DNA of 64,000 bases, taken from positions 266,025 to 330,024 of the IMG/VR virus record IMGVR_UViG_3300042564_002819, one strand, 5' to 3'. Positions 47,648-57,142 of the stretch are shown piece after piece (position 1 is the stretch's first letter; each line of letters starts with the position of its first letter). The notes beneath the pieces were generated by a model. That model had not been told where the DNA came from and made no database searches. It was given only the letters and a program-made list of their open reading frames with translations. A program made the translations under genes and the position numbers.

Positions 47648-48205
47648 ATGGCACAAACTTTTCAACGAGGCGATATTGTTCGCAAAATTAACGGTAGAAC
47701 ACATATTGAAGTTACTGACAGCTACGGTAACTGCATCTATGGCAAGTATCTGCACACTGGTCTAAGCACTGGTAGAATTGACACTAGAAATCTTGTAAAA
47801 GTTGATGAAGAAATTGAACAAAAAGGAAACGGATCAATGAAAGGCAAACTATTTAAAGTTAAAGCAGACGGCGTCTATGGCATCGGTCTTGCTGTAGACA
47901 GCACTGGTCAATACGTGCTGGAAATGAAAGACGGCAGCGGAGTTCGCTCTTTTGCAAAAAAAGAAGTTGAAGTTGTTATGCCTTTCACTTTTAGCGTCCA
48001 GTTTAACGGTGTTGGTACTGAATACAGCTACCTTGGCAAAGAAGGTACCGTAAAGGTTGGCGATTTGCTACTAAAGCAAGACGGCACAAAAGGTATTACT
48101 ATTGCTAAGGTTACTGCTGTTAACACTAAGAGCGACAAGGCTACTAAGTATTTTGACGGCGTTAAGATCGTAACTGAAAGCATTGATAATGAGGTTATCG
48201 AGTAA
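47648..48205 (+). CDS. Hypothetical protein
   Basis: TTGACA/TATACT promoter at ~47583-47611. Confidence 0.65.
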   Translation: MAQTFQRGDIVRKINGRTHIEVTDSYGNCIYGKYLHTGLSTGRIDTRNLVKVDEEIEQKGNGSMKGKLFKVKADGVYGIGLAVDSTGQYVLEMKDGSGVRSFAKKEVEVVMPFTFSVQFNGVGTEYSYLGKEGTVKVGDLLLKQDGTKGITIAKVTAVNTKSDKATKYFDGVKIVTESIDNEVIE

Positions 48206-48786
48206 TGAGCGATATTTGGGTTATCTCGGATACCCATTTCAATCATGCTAACATCTTAACTTTTAAGGACGGCGCCACGGGTAAACTTGTCCGTGGCGAT
48301 CGTTTTTCGTCTGTAAAAGAAATGGACGAATTTATGATTGAAAGGTGGAATAGCGTTGTAAAGCCTGGAGACAAAGTTTACCATCTTGGTGATGTTATGT
48401 TTGGTGACAGAGAATACTTCCAAAAACTATGGCCTAAACTGCACGGACAAAAGCGTCTAATTGTTGGTAATCACGACGACATTAAATATTTGAGCAGCGG
48501 CGGCTTTTTTGCTAAAGTTCACATGTGGCGTATGTTTCCTGAATTTGGTTTGGTGTTTAGCCATGTTCCTTTGCACAAAAGTTCACTAAAACGTCACTGG
48601 ATTAGAAAAGAAGATCATACATTTCTTGGCTACTGGTGGAACCGATATAAAGTAAGAAATAAGACTATGTTAAATGTGCATGGGCATATTCATCAGAATC
48701 CAAGTCCCTGTGGTCCCTATCGTAATATGAGTGTAGAAGCAATTGACTATACTCCTGTTAATATTGAAGATTTGAGAATCATCTAG
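48205..48786 (+). CDS. Metallophosphoesterase
   Basis: SDTHFNH, HLGDV, GNHD, SHVP, HGHIH. Confidence 0.9.
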   Translation: MSDIWVISDTHFNHANILTFKDGATGKLVRGDRFSSVKEMDEFMIERWNSVVKPGDKVYHLGDVMFGDREYFQKLWPKLHGQKRLIVGNHDDIKYLSSGGFFAKVHMWRMFPEFGLVFSHVPLHKSSLKRHWIRKEDHTFLGYWWNRYKVRNKTMLNVHGHIHQNPSPCGPYRNMSVEAIDYTPVNIEDLRII

Positions 48787-48890
48787 TATAGAATCAACAA
48801 ATAAAATCTTGACAGATAAAACGTTTTATAGTATAAATACTGTGTAAGCCAGAGAGGCTCACACTTAACCGCAAAAGGAGTTTTTGCAAA

Positions 48891-49967
48891 ATGAAATATG
48901 ACGCTCTAGTCTTTATCGGCCGGTTCCAGCCGTTTCACAATGGACACAAGGCAATTGTTGATGCCGCCCTTGAACGAGCAAAAGAAGTAATCATTGTAGT
49001 TGGTTCTAGCTTTTCTTCAAGGAATATCCGAAATCCTTTTACATTTGATGAACGCAGACAGATGATTAAAGCTGTGTTCCCGCAGGAGAACGTTAAAGTC
49101 GTTCCTGTTAGCGATTACCCGTATGATGATAATAAATGGGTTCATGCTGTGCAAAACGTAGTTCGCGGTGCGATGCGTTGGAGTGCTGATCCGATTCGAG
49201 TTGGCCTTATCGGCCATGAAAAGGACGGATCTAGCTACTACTTGAAAATCTTCAAGCCGCTAGGTTGGGGTAACGTTAGCGTAAACAACGTCGACGGCGT
49301 TAATGCAACAGACATTCGCAATATGTTGTTTGCATCTGCTCCGGATAGTTCAACTATTCTTCCAACTATTGTCCATAAAATTTATGAACAATTTGTTCAT
49401 AAAACTATGAATAAACAGGCAGTAGAAACTATGCACTCACTGATTATAAAAGATGGAGTTGTATCACCATGGTTTGAAACGCTGTTCCAAGAATACCAAA
49501 TGATCAAGAAGTACAAGGAAGCATGGAAAGCTGCTCCATTCCCTCCTACTTTCATGACTGTTGATGCTGTTGTTGTTCAAAGCGGACACATCCTTCTTGT
49601 GAAACGTGGCGACATGCCTGGTAAAGGTCTTTGGGCTTTGCCCGGTGGGTTCCTTAATCAAGGTGAAACAATGCTTGACGGTGCCATTCGTGAACTCAAA
49701 GAAGAAACTAAAATCAAAGTTGCTGTGCCTGTACTAAAGGGTTCTATTAAAGCGTTTAACACTTTTGATGCACCTAACCGCAGCCAGCGTGGACGTACTA
49801 TTACACAGGCGTTCTACATTGACCTTGGCTTTGCAGAAGAACTTCCTAAAGTAAAAGGCAGCGACGATGCAGAAAAAGCGTTTTGGGTTCCGTTTCACAA
49901 AGTGAAACAAGAACTTATGTTCGAAGATCACTTTCATATTATCGACCATTTTGTTAACATTGGGTAA
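48891..49967 (+). CDS. nadM: Bifunctional NMN adenylyltransferase / ADP-ribose pyrophosphatase (NadM-Nudix)
   Basis: IGRFQPFHNGH, NPFTFDER, Nudix box GGF..GETMLDGAIRELKEET. Confidence 0.93.
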   Translation: MKYDALVFIGRFQPFHNGHKAIVDAALERAKEVIIVVGSSFSSRNIRNPFTFDERRQMIKAVFPQENVKVVPVSDYPYDDNKWVHAVQNVVRGAMRWSADPIRVGLIGHEKDGSSYYLKIFKPLGWGNVSVNNVDGVNATDIRNMLFASAPDSSTILPTIVHKIYEQFVHKTMNKQAVETMHSLIIKDGVVSPWFETLFQEYQMIKKYKEAWKAAPFPPTFMTVDAVVVQSGHILLVKRGDMPGKGLWALPGGFLNQGETMLDGAIRELKEETKIKVAVPVLKGSIKAFNTFDAPNRSQRGRTITQAFYIDLGFAEELPKVKGSDDAEKAFWVPFHKVKQELMFEDHFHIIDHFVNIG

Positions 49968-49971
49968 AACT

Positions 49972-50265
49972 ATGAGAATTATTGAACCTGGTAAAGTCGG
50001 CAAAACGTGGACCATTAAACACCGTTGCACCGGTTGGGGGAATAGCGACAATGGTTGCGAAGCACTTCTTGAACTGGAATTCGACGATCTTAGATTTTAC
50101 GAAGGTCAAGAATTTCCTTGGCGAGTTAGCGAACCTGCTGTATGTTTTAAGTGTCCGTGCTGCGGAAAAATTACTGACCTTGGGCTAAATGATTGGCCCA
50201 CAGGTTACCGAAATCTTGAACGGTGGTCTAGTGAATGGTGTGATGCCAGACCTGACGCTGCTTAA
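49972..50265 (+). CDS. Zn-ribbon-like hypothetical protein
   Basis: CTG...GC...CPCCG. Confidence 0.6.
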   Translation: MRIIEPGKVGKTWTIKHRCTGWGNSDNGCEALLELEFDDLRFYEGQEFPWRVSEPAVCFKCPCCGKITDLGLNDWPTGYRNLERWSSEWCDARPDAA

Positions 50266-50317
50266 GAAAAAGTCCAACTCAGAGAGAGTTGGCATTAACG
50301 TTTAGAGGAGTTCTAAA

Positions 50318-51772
50318 ATGACAAACGTACTAAATCTACTAACTGCTATTATTCGCACTGACAGCTATAAGCTGAGCCAGTGGCTACAATATCCAAAGGA
50401 CACTGTCCGTATTAGTTCATACATCGAAAGTCGTGGTGGCGAAGACGAATCGGTATTCTTTGGTCTACAAGCGTTCATTAAACAGTATATGATGACACCG
50501 ATTACTGTAGCAGATATCAATCGTGCTGAACTTATTGTAAAAGCACACGGACTGCCTTTCAACAGAGAAGGTTGGGAAATCATCGTCAAAGAATACGGCG
50601 GCATTCTGCCGTTGGAAATCGAAGCTGTTCCTGAAGGTACCGTTATGGAGACCCATAACGTGCAAGTGCAGATTGTTAATACCGATCCACGCTTGTTCTG
50701 GTTGACCTCATATGTTGAAACTGCAATGCTTCGCGGCATTTGGTATCCTTCAACTGTTGCTACAAAGAGCCGTAAAATGAAGAAACTCATTGCTGCTGCT
50801 CTTGAACTAACTAGCGACGTTCCTGTTAACGATCAAATCATGTTCAAGCTACACGACTTTGGTGCTCGTGGTGCAAGTTCTTCTGAAACTGCAATGCTTG
50901 GTGGTATGGGTCACCTTGTTAACTTTATGGGTACTGACACTGTGGAAGCACTTGTTGGTGCAATGGAATATTACAACACAGACTCTGTACCTGGGTTTAG
51001 TATTCCTGCTAGTGAACACTCAACAATCACTAGCTGGGGTGGTCCTGCTGGAGAAGTTGTAGCATTTGAAAACATGATCAATACATTTGCCGGTCCCGGT
51101 AAACTGTATGCTTGTGTTAGCGACAGCTACGACATTTACTCTGCCGCACGTGACTTGTGGGGCGGCGTTCTAAAAGAAAAAGTCATTGCTGCCGGCGGCA
51201 CCTTGGTGGTACGTCCGGACTCAGGTGATCCTACTACAGTTCCGATTGAAGTTATTGGCATCCTTATGGATCGCTTTGGATACACTGTTAACAGCAAAGG
51301 CTACCGAGTACTTCCTCCTTACATCCGTCTAATCCAAGGAGATGGTATCAACGAAAAAACTTTGCCTAAGATCTTGTCAAACATGGTTGAAGCAGGTTAC
51401 AGCATTGATAACATTGCATTTGGTATGGGCGGTGGCTTGCTACAAGCGTGGAACCGTGATACACTCAAGTATGCTATGAAAGCTAGTGCTAGACAGGATA
51501 CTGAGGGTGTATGGCACGATGTCTTTAAAGATCCGATCTCAGACCGCGGCAAAGTGTCTAAAAAAGGTCGTCTTGGATTAGTTTATGAGTGCGGGATTGG
51601 AAACTGCGGTTATAGAACTCTTCCAAAGTCGGTTGCTGACAAAAAAGGCAACCTACTGAGAACTGTATATCGCAACGGTGAACTCTTAATTGAGGACACT
51701 TTTGAAAATATTCGCAATCGTGCAAAACTTAAAGTGGAGGAATACACTCATGATGTCGTTGAAAGATATTGA
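50318..51772 (+). CDS. nadV: Nicotinamide phosphoribosyltransferase
   Basis: TDSYK, LHDFGARG, SIPASEHS, VSDSYD, VRPDSGDP, QGDG, FGMGG. Confidence 0.95.
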   Translation: MTNVLNLLTAIIRTDSYKLSQWLQYPKDTVRISSYIESRGGEDESVFFGLQAFIKQYMMTPITVADINRAELIVKAHGLPFNREGWEIIVKEYGGILPLEIEAVPEGTVMETHNVQVQIVNTDPRLFWLTSYVETAMLRGIWYPSTVATKSRKMKKLIAAALELTSDVPVNDQIMFKLHDFGARGASSSETAMLGGMGHLVNFMGTDTVEALVGAMEYYNTDSVPGFSIPASEHSTITSWGGPAGEVVAFENMINTFAGPGKLYACVSDSYDIYSAARDLWGGVLKEKVIAAGGTLVVRPDSGDPTTVPIEVIGILMDRFGYTVNSKGYRVLPPYIRLIQGDGINEKTLPKILSNMVEAGYSIDNIAFGMGGGLLQAWNRDTLKYAMKASARQDTEGVWHDVFKDPISDRGKVSKKGRLGLVYECGIGNCGYRTLPKSVADKKGNLLRTVYRNGELLIEDTFENIRNRAKLKVEEYTHDVVERY

Positions 51773-51897
51773 AATTGTCCAAATGATGGCAATGGCGTGG
51801 AAAATGAACGATGAGCGTAACAAACGCTTAGAAGCAGAAAAACGCCTCAATAACACAGACTATCGTGTTAAAATCATCGACGATGCAGTACAAGAAT

Positions 51898-51922
51898 AAA
51901 AAGGGCCTTCGGGCCCTTTTTT
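51898..51922 (+). terminator. Intrinsic terminator
   Basis: AAAAAGGGCC-TTCG-GGCCCTTTTTT. Confidence 0.88.
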
Positions 51923-52154
51923 ACTGGTTGACTCTGCTCTCAAGAGTCGCTATATTCTAATACATAGAGCAAGGAGATACAAATGCTTGATATTCTAGTT
52001 TACTACGTACTTCCTAACGTTGCTATGTTTGGCGGACTTTATCTTATTGCCAAATACATTGAAAACTCTGCTTGGTATTTTATTGAAAACTACGAAGAGA
52101 TTCAACAAAAGCTTAAATCTTATCTTAACTAAACCGTAACAAAAGGAGAAATAT

Positions 52155-53573
52155 ATGTTCGGTATTTTTGTAGGAGTTCTACTTCTGCTTGGTGCATCTG
52201 CACTAATGTTTGTTCCTCTAGATCCAGCACTTAGTAAATTGAAGATGATTGGTTCTACAGTGATGATTGTTCTAGCTGGTATTTTTAGCCTCGGTGGTGC
52301 CGTTGGTTATAACGATGCTGGCTTCTGCCAACACGTTCGTACTATCTTTGGTAATGAAACTGCAACCTGTGAGACCGGTTGGTATTTTGCCGGTTGGGGA
52401 ACCAGCACTGCATGGCCGCACTATATCACTGTAGCACACACACTTGATGCAACTGGTGAAAATGCAGGCACTGTGTTCCAGGGATCGATTGCAGAACCTT
52501 ACCGTGTTCGACTTGCAGACAACTGGACCGGTGATGTAACTCAAACTACTCGCTTTGGTATTCCGCAAGATACTGCACAGTTTCTTGAAATGGCACGAAC
52601 TTTCCGCACACCTGAGCGACTGATCAATACTACTCTAAAGCCTGCTGTTACTGCTAGTCTTGACTCAGTGAGTAACATGTTTACTATGGAAGAATACTAC
52701 AGTGGCGGTAAGCGTGACCAATTCAAGAGCGAGTTTAAGGATGCTATTGAAAAAGGTCGTGCCCAAGTTCGCCAAATTAGCCTTAACCAAGCAGGTGGCG
52801 TAATTCGAAATCGTGTTGCTGCTAGTGATAGTGATGCTGCACAAGACACCAGTGAAGTCGGTGACACTGAAGTTCGCAAAGTGCTAATGGAAAAAATTAC
52901 AGATGCCAGTGGCAATGATGTTCGCACACCGCATGACTTTACTGAAATTGGCGTTACTGTAGCAAGTGCTATTCTTGAAAACATCGATCCCGATGACGAA
53001 TACGAACGTCAAATCGGCGAACGTAAAAAAGCCGCAAGCCGTCGAGTTGTAGCACGTGAACAGCGACTTGAACAGGAAGAACAGCGTCTACTTGCTATCC
53101 AACAAGGTGAAACCGACATTGCCAAGCGTCAAGCAGAAGCAAAGGTTAACCAAATTGAACAAACTACCAATGCCGAAACAACCAAGAAACTGGCTCTGAT
53201 TGAAGCAGAACGTGTAAAGGAAGAAGCTGAAATTGCTCGCCAGACTGCCGCAATTAACCTTGAACGAGCTCGTATTGATGCTGAGGCTGTAACTGTTGCT
53301 GCTGATGCTGAAGCCTACGCAAAAGAAGCAATTCTTACTGCTGACGGTGCTCTTGCACAGAAGCTAGAAGCGTGGGTTGCTGCACAACGAGTTTGGGCTG
53401 ATGCTGCAAGTAAGATCAATGTTCCTGCTACTGTGATTGCAGGCGGTGGTGACGGTGGTACTGCTGGTAATGCTCTTGGCACTGTAGACCAGTTCATGCA
53501 GATGCTGATGATCAAGACTGCAAAAGATCTGCAAGTTGATCCAACTATTGCTGCTACTCCTGTAAAGCAGTAA
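52155..53573 (+). CDS. SPFH/band-7 family membrane protein
   Basis: 2 TM, SPFH-like domain, AEA-rich coiled coil; SD AGGAG. Confidence 0.8.
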   Translation: MFGIFVGVLLLLGASALMFVPLDPALSKLKMIGSTVMIVLAGIFSLGGAVGYNDAGFCQHVRTIFGNETATCETGWYFAGWGTSTAWPHYITVAHTLDATGENAGTVFQGSIAEPYRVRLADNWTGDVTQTTRFGIPQDTAQFLEMARTFRTPERLINTTLKPAVTASLDSVSNMFTMEEYYSGGKRDQFKSEFKDAIEKGRAQVRQISLNQAGGVIRNRVAASDSDAAQDTSEVGDTEVRKVLMEKITDASGNDVRTPHDFTEIGVTVASAILENIDPDDEYERQIGERKKAASRRVVAREQRLEQEEQRLLAIQQGETDIAKRQAEAKVNQIEQTTNAETTKKLALIEAERVKEEAEIARQTAAINLERARIDAEAVTVAADAEAYAKEAILTADGALAQKLEAWVAAQRVWADAASKINVPATVIAGGGDGGTAGNALGTVDQFMQMLMIKTAKDLQVDPTIAATPVKQ

Positions 53574-53583
53574 AACGAAACAT

Positions 53584-53610
53584 TAAAAGGGCCCATTGGG
53601 CCCTTTTAGT
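53584..53610 (+). terminator. Intrinsic terminator
   Basis: TAAAAGGGCCC-ATT-GGGCCCTTTTAG. Confidence 0.8.
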
Positions 53611-53657
53611 TTGACTACTCAAGCCAAGTATGCTACAGTTAATTATAGGAGGATGCT

Positions 53658-54011
53658 ATGGCTAAAAGAAGACTTATTATTAGAGAATCAGACTTTGAAA
53701 AGTTTTCAAAGTCTTTAAAAAAAGACTATCAGTCTGTTTCTTTTACTCCATTGACTAAACAATATTTTGAAAAAAGAGCAACATACTTTGCACTAAAGTC
53801 TAAACAGTATCTTGCAGATCAGTATGCACATTACGAATATCCTGCAAATATGCTAGGAAGGCTAACTGGATTTAATTTGCATAACAGACAATACCCTTTT
53901 TGGCTGGTCAAATACAATGAAGCAGGACACATGGTTATACGTGCAGGACTTAGACAGCCAGAATCGAACCTTGGATTTGTTACGCTTGTTGATAAAGAGA
54001 AAAGTAAATGA
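53658..54011 (+). CDS. Hypothetical protein
   Basis: SD AGGAGG. Confidence 0.65.
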   Translation: MAKRRLIIRESDFEKFSKSLKKDYQSVSFTPLTKQYFEKRATYFALKSKQYLADQYAHYEYPANMLGRLTGFNLHNRQYPFWLVKYNEAGHMVIRAGLRQPESNLGFVTLVDKEKSK

Positions 54012-54232
54012 GAGAATACAGACTTAGGAAATTTCAAGCAACAGATGATGAAACGCAATCTCGTATGGTTTTTTCTAAGTTTTATAAAGCAACAGAGATT
54101 GCTATGAAAGTAGCACAAGAAGATGCCGGAAACGATACTGTTTTGCAATGGACAGAAACTTCAAAAGATTTTCTCGAAAGCCAAACAACTTCTACTACAT
54201 ACGATATAAAAACTATTACACTTGAGGAATGA
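54008..54232 (+). CDS. Hypothetical protein
   Basis: ATGA overlap. Confidence 0.55.
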   Translation: MREYRLRKFQATDDETQSRMVFSKFYKATEIAMKVAQEDAGNDTVLQWTETSKDFLESQTTSTTYDIKTITLEE

Positions 54233-54620
54233 CATGAAATTTTCTTCTGAACTAATCTACTCTGCTGTTAACTTTGTGCAAATTGCTAACAAGGAACTTG
54301 GCAACATTGCAGATGAAAAGATCGAAGCAATGTTTGATGCGTTTGACCCTGCACTGCGTAGGCAGATTCTTATGCACATGATCAAAGGAGATATTACAGG
54401 TCCTATCAGTATTCGTTTTGATCATTCAGCTAAAATGCCAAACAAGATTCAAGCAATCAAAGCAGTTCGTTGGATTTCGGGCATGGGACTCAAAGAAGCT
54501 AAAGAGTTTGTCGAAGAAGCAGAAGCCGGAAAGGTTGCTACTATTGTTGGTAACTTCGATGTTAAACAACGTAGGCAGTTTTCTCTTGAACTTGCTAACA
54601 CAGGCTACGAGGTAGTATGA
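54222..54620 (+). CDS. Protein with ribosomal L7/L12 C-terminal-like domain
   Basis: NKIQAIKAVRWISGMGLKEAKEFVE; start likely ATG 54234. Confidence 0.7.
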   Translation: MRNDMKFSSELIYSAVNFVQIANKELGNIADEKIEAMFDAFDPALRRQILMHMIKGDITGPISIRFDHSAKMPNKIQAIKAVRWISGMGLKEAKEFVEEAEAGKVATIVGNFDVKQRRQFSLELANTGYEVV

Positions 54621-54859
54621 GTATGAAGTGGAAAACCAAGCACGAACCGAGACAATGGGAAAAACGCATAGTAACATACTTTGCATTTCTTCCTACTAAA
54701 CTAGACGACGGTTATACTGTGTGGCTACAATCGTATTGGGCAGTTGAGTCATGGGATGATGGCACTACCAGCATAGGGTTTGGATACTGGAAAACAAAGC
54801 ACACTAGTTCAACACACCCTGACCGACCTAACACTGGCTCACCTGTAAGACGACCATAA
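54617..54859 (+). CDS. Hypothetical protein
   Basis: FAFLPTKL..GYTVWL. Confidence 0.6.
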   Translation: MSMKWKTKHEPRQWEKRIVTYFAFLPTKLDDGYTVWLQSYWAVESWDDGTTSIGFGYWKTKHTSSTHPDRPNTGSPVRRP

Positions 54860-54897
54860 AATGATTAAACTACAAATTCAAACAAAGGAAAAAAGAA

Positions 54898-55095
54898 TTG
54901 TCTGAACAAACTATGAGCGAATTAGAAGAAATGATCGTGGAAGACATGCGTGAATGGGTAACTGTTAAGTTACTAAACGGTGAAGACATGTTTGTACACC
55001 TTGACGAAATTAGTATTAACGAAGGCGAAGATGCCTATCAAAAAAAACTAAAAGAATTTACCGATATTTACTGGCGTGATCATTTGTGGCCATAA
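54898..55095 (+). CDS. Hypothetical protein
   Basis: ORF. Confidence 0.5.
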   Translation: MSEQTMSELEEMIVEDMREWVTVKLLNGEDMFVHLDEISINEGEDAYQKKLKEFTDIYWRDHLWP

Positions 55096-55104
55096 ATATC
55101 AGAC

Positions 55105-55194
55105 GGAGAGTTGGTTGAGCGGCCGATAACACTCGTCTACTAAACGAGCAGGGGGTAATGCCCCTCGTGGGTTCGAATCCCACACTCTCCGCCA
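55105..55194 (+). tRNA. tRNA-Ser(ACT), unusual A34
   Basis: CTCGT-CTACTAA-ACGAG; long variable arm, G73, CCA. Confidence 0.88.
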
Positions 55195-55211
55195 AAAATA
55201 TAAATACTTAC

Positions 55212-55583
55212 ATGCTAATAAATGAAATTTTTACCGGGTATACATTAAAAGACTGGACAACTGTTGAATTGCTGGAAAGTTCTGGTAATTGGATGACCAC
55301 TCAAACGACTGCATATAAAAAAGGATTAAAATTCTATTCAAAAAATGCAGTCGTTATGAACAGTTTAAGTGAATTGCTTGGGTTTATACAGCAACATACG
55401 TCACCACCGCCAACTGATTCTTATCCTCCAAAATTTAATGTACACATGATTCCAAAACATAAATATTATTCCAGAGAACTTTGGTCACATCTAAAAGGAC
55501 AAAATATTGGACTATTGTTTAGTGTTGAACCAGGAGTTATAAATTTAAGATGTATAGGAACACATGACGGATGCGGTATTTAA
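55212..55583 (+). CDS. RelE/YafQ-like protein
   Basis: WSHLKGQNIGLLFSVEPGVINLRCIGTHD; TAAATA 55201-55206 then ATG. Confidence 0.5.
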   Translation: MLINEIFTGYTLKDWTTVELLESSGNWMTTQTTAYKKGLKFYSKNAVVMNSLSELLGFIQQHTSPPPTDSYPPKFNVHMIPKHKYYSRELWSHLKGQNIGLLFSVEPGVINLRCIGTHDGCGI

Positions 55584-55804
55584 AAAATATATTGACACAC
55601 ATCTCTAACTATGTTACTACAGTAATAACAAAACTAGTAGGAGCAAAGACAGTGTACAACGAAAGTGATATGACTAACATTGAAACTGTTCAATCGCTTG
55701 AAAAGCATCTCGAAGAAATTGCAGTTGAAAAACCAAAACCGAGACGCGGCAGACCGAAAAAAGATAAATAAAAGATAAATAAAATAAAGAGGAAAAGACT
55801 TTCT

Positions 55805-55897
55805 ATGAACTTAACGAGTGCATCATCGCTAGTATGGACAAACGGATTACAAAATCCGGGCAATGATCTATGCTCGGAGGGTTATGGAAACGGTTAA
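55805..55897 (+). CDS. Putative attenuator leader peptide 2 (30 aa) for tRNA array 2
   Basis: MNLTSASSLVWTNGLQNPGNDLCSEGYGNG; SD AGAGGA; GGAGGGTT at 55876-55883. Confidence 0.72.
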   Translation: MNLTSASSLVWTNGLQNPGNDLCSEGYGNG

Positions 55898-55920
55898 CAA
55901 TGAGTTAACAAAAAATTCCA

Positions 55921-55956
55921 AAAACCCTCCAAGCAAGAAGCTTAGGAGGGTTTTTT
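55921..55956 (+). terminator. Attenuator terminator 2
   Basis: AAAACCCTCC-AAGCAAGAAGCTT-A-GGAGGGTTTTTT. Confidence 0.87.
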
Positions 55957-56102
55957 AATATGAACACGAAAGTTTTAAGAGACTATAAGGCACTACTAAA
56001 AGACTACAACGAAGGCAAAATTAGTTACAAAGAATTTGTTGATCAAACACTTCCGCTGTGGAATAAATTAAACAACTTGTTCGAAAAAGATTAAAAAAGC
56101 AG

Positions 56103-56188
56103 TTGACATAGAGTAAAACATACACTATATTAACTAAACAAACAAAAAATAAAACGTAACGCAAGTTACACGCTCTTTGACAATTTAG
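56103..56188 (+). promoter_or_regulatory. sigma70 promoter, hairpin and boxA-like antitermination site
   Basis: TTGACA-17-TATATT; GTAAC-GCAA-GTTAC; GCTCTTTGACAATTTAG. Confidence 0.7.
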
Positions 56189-56268
56189 ATTTGTTGTTTA
56201 CATCGTAAGATGTAGTAAACAACGCTCACTTAGACGCAAGTCGATAATAGTGGGGGTAAGTAGAGAAT

Positions 56269-56409
56269 GACTCTACTTACACGTATTAACTGGTAGCTGG
56301 TTCGATTCCGGCGTAGAGTCTAGGTGACTATGAAAGGTTTGATTCCTTTGTACTACTGGTGTAGCAAATTGGACGACAGTCCGCCAAGTTAGTACGTGTA
56401 AGTAGAGTC
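56269..56409 (+). ncRNA. Long-stem RNA with two T-loop arms
   Basis: 17-bp perfect stem; GCTGG-TTCGATT-CCGGC and AAAGG-TTTGATT-CCTTT. Confidence 0.55.
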
Positions 56410-56677
56410 GAGCAATTGAATTATTCGATGCTGTGAAGTATTTCTAACAGCATTTGATGATTGTGCCATGTGGTAAAAAGATTGCTTACAGCTAGAAAAA
56501 AGCTGACTACAATAATACACGGTAATAGAAAAGACCAAATCTTTTTTAACATCGTGTATTTATAGAAAAAACTAGTGCAGGAGGATAACTCTGTAAGTCA
56601 CAAGAACAACGGTGCCGCATGACTCAATTGCGGTTAAATTACCCGAGTAGTGCCGGGCAGAGCCAAACACACAATGT

Positions 56678-56753
56678 TCCTCGTTAGCTCAGTTGGTAGA
56701 GTATTTGACTGTTAATCAAAGTGTCGCTGGTTCGAGCCCAGCACGAGGAGCCA
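56678..56753 (+). tRNA. tRNA-Asn(GTT)
   Basis: TTTGA-CTGTTAA-TCAAA; CCA. Confidence 0.93.
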
Positions 56754-56822
56754 AAATTGAGAAGGGGATAAACACGGCAGTCTCATTGCGTAGCAACGGT
56801 GCCCTTTCTTTTAGAATAATGC

Positions 56823-56898
56823 ATCGGTATAGCTCAGCTGGTAGAGCAGCGGTCTCCAAAACCGCGTGTCCTGGGTTCGAATCCTAGTGCCGGTGCCA
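56823..56898 (+). tRNA. tRNA-Trp(CCA)
   Basis: GCGGT-CTCCAAA-ACCGC; CCA. Confidence 0.93.
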
Positions 56899-56905
56899 AA
56901 AATAC

Positions 56906-56997
56906 GGATTGATGGGTGAGAGGCTTAAACCAGCAGATTGCTAATCTGTCGTACCTTGTAAAGGGTACCGAGGGTTCGAATCCCTCTCGATCCGCCA
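56906..56997 (+). tRNA. tRNA-Ser(GCT)
   Basis: GCAGA-TTGCTAA-TCTGT; long arm; CCA. Confidence 0.93.
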
Positions 56998-57008
56998 GAA
57001 TAAGATAC

Positions 57009-57083
57009 GGGCTGTTGGTATAGTTGGGAACACAGTAGCTTTGCAAGCTTCAATCACCGGTTCGAACCCGGTACGGTCCACCA
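57009..57083 (+). tRNA. tRNA-Ala(TGC)
   Basis: G3:U70; AGC-TTTGCAA-GCT; CCA. Confidence 0.9.
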
Positions 57084-57142
57084 AAATAATGCGGGATTAA
57101 CTCAGTGGTAGATAAATACTTTAAATAGGAGATACTCTACCA

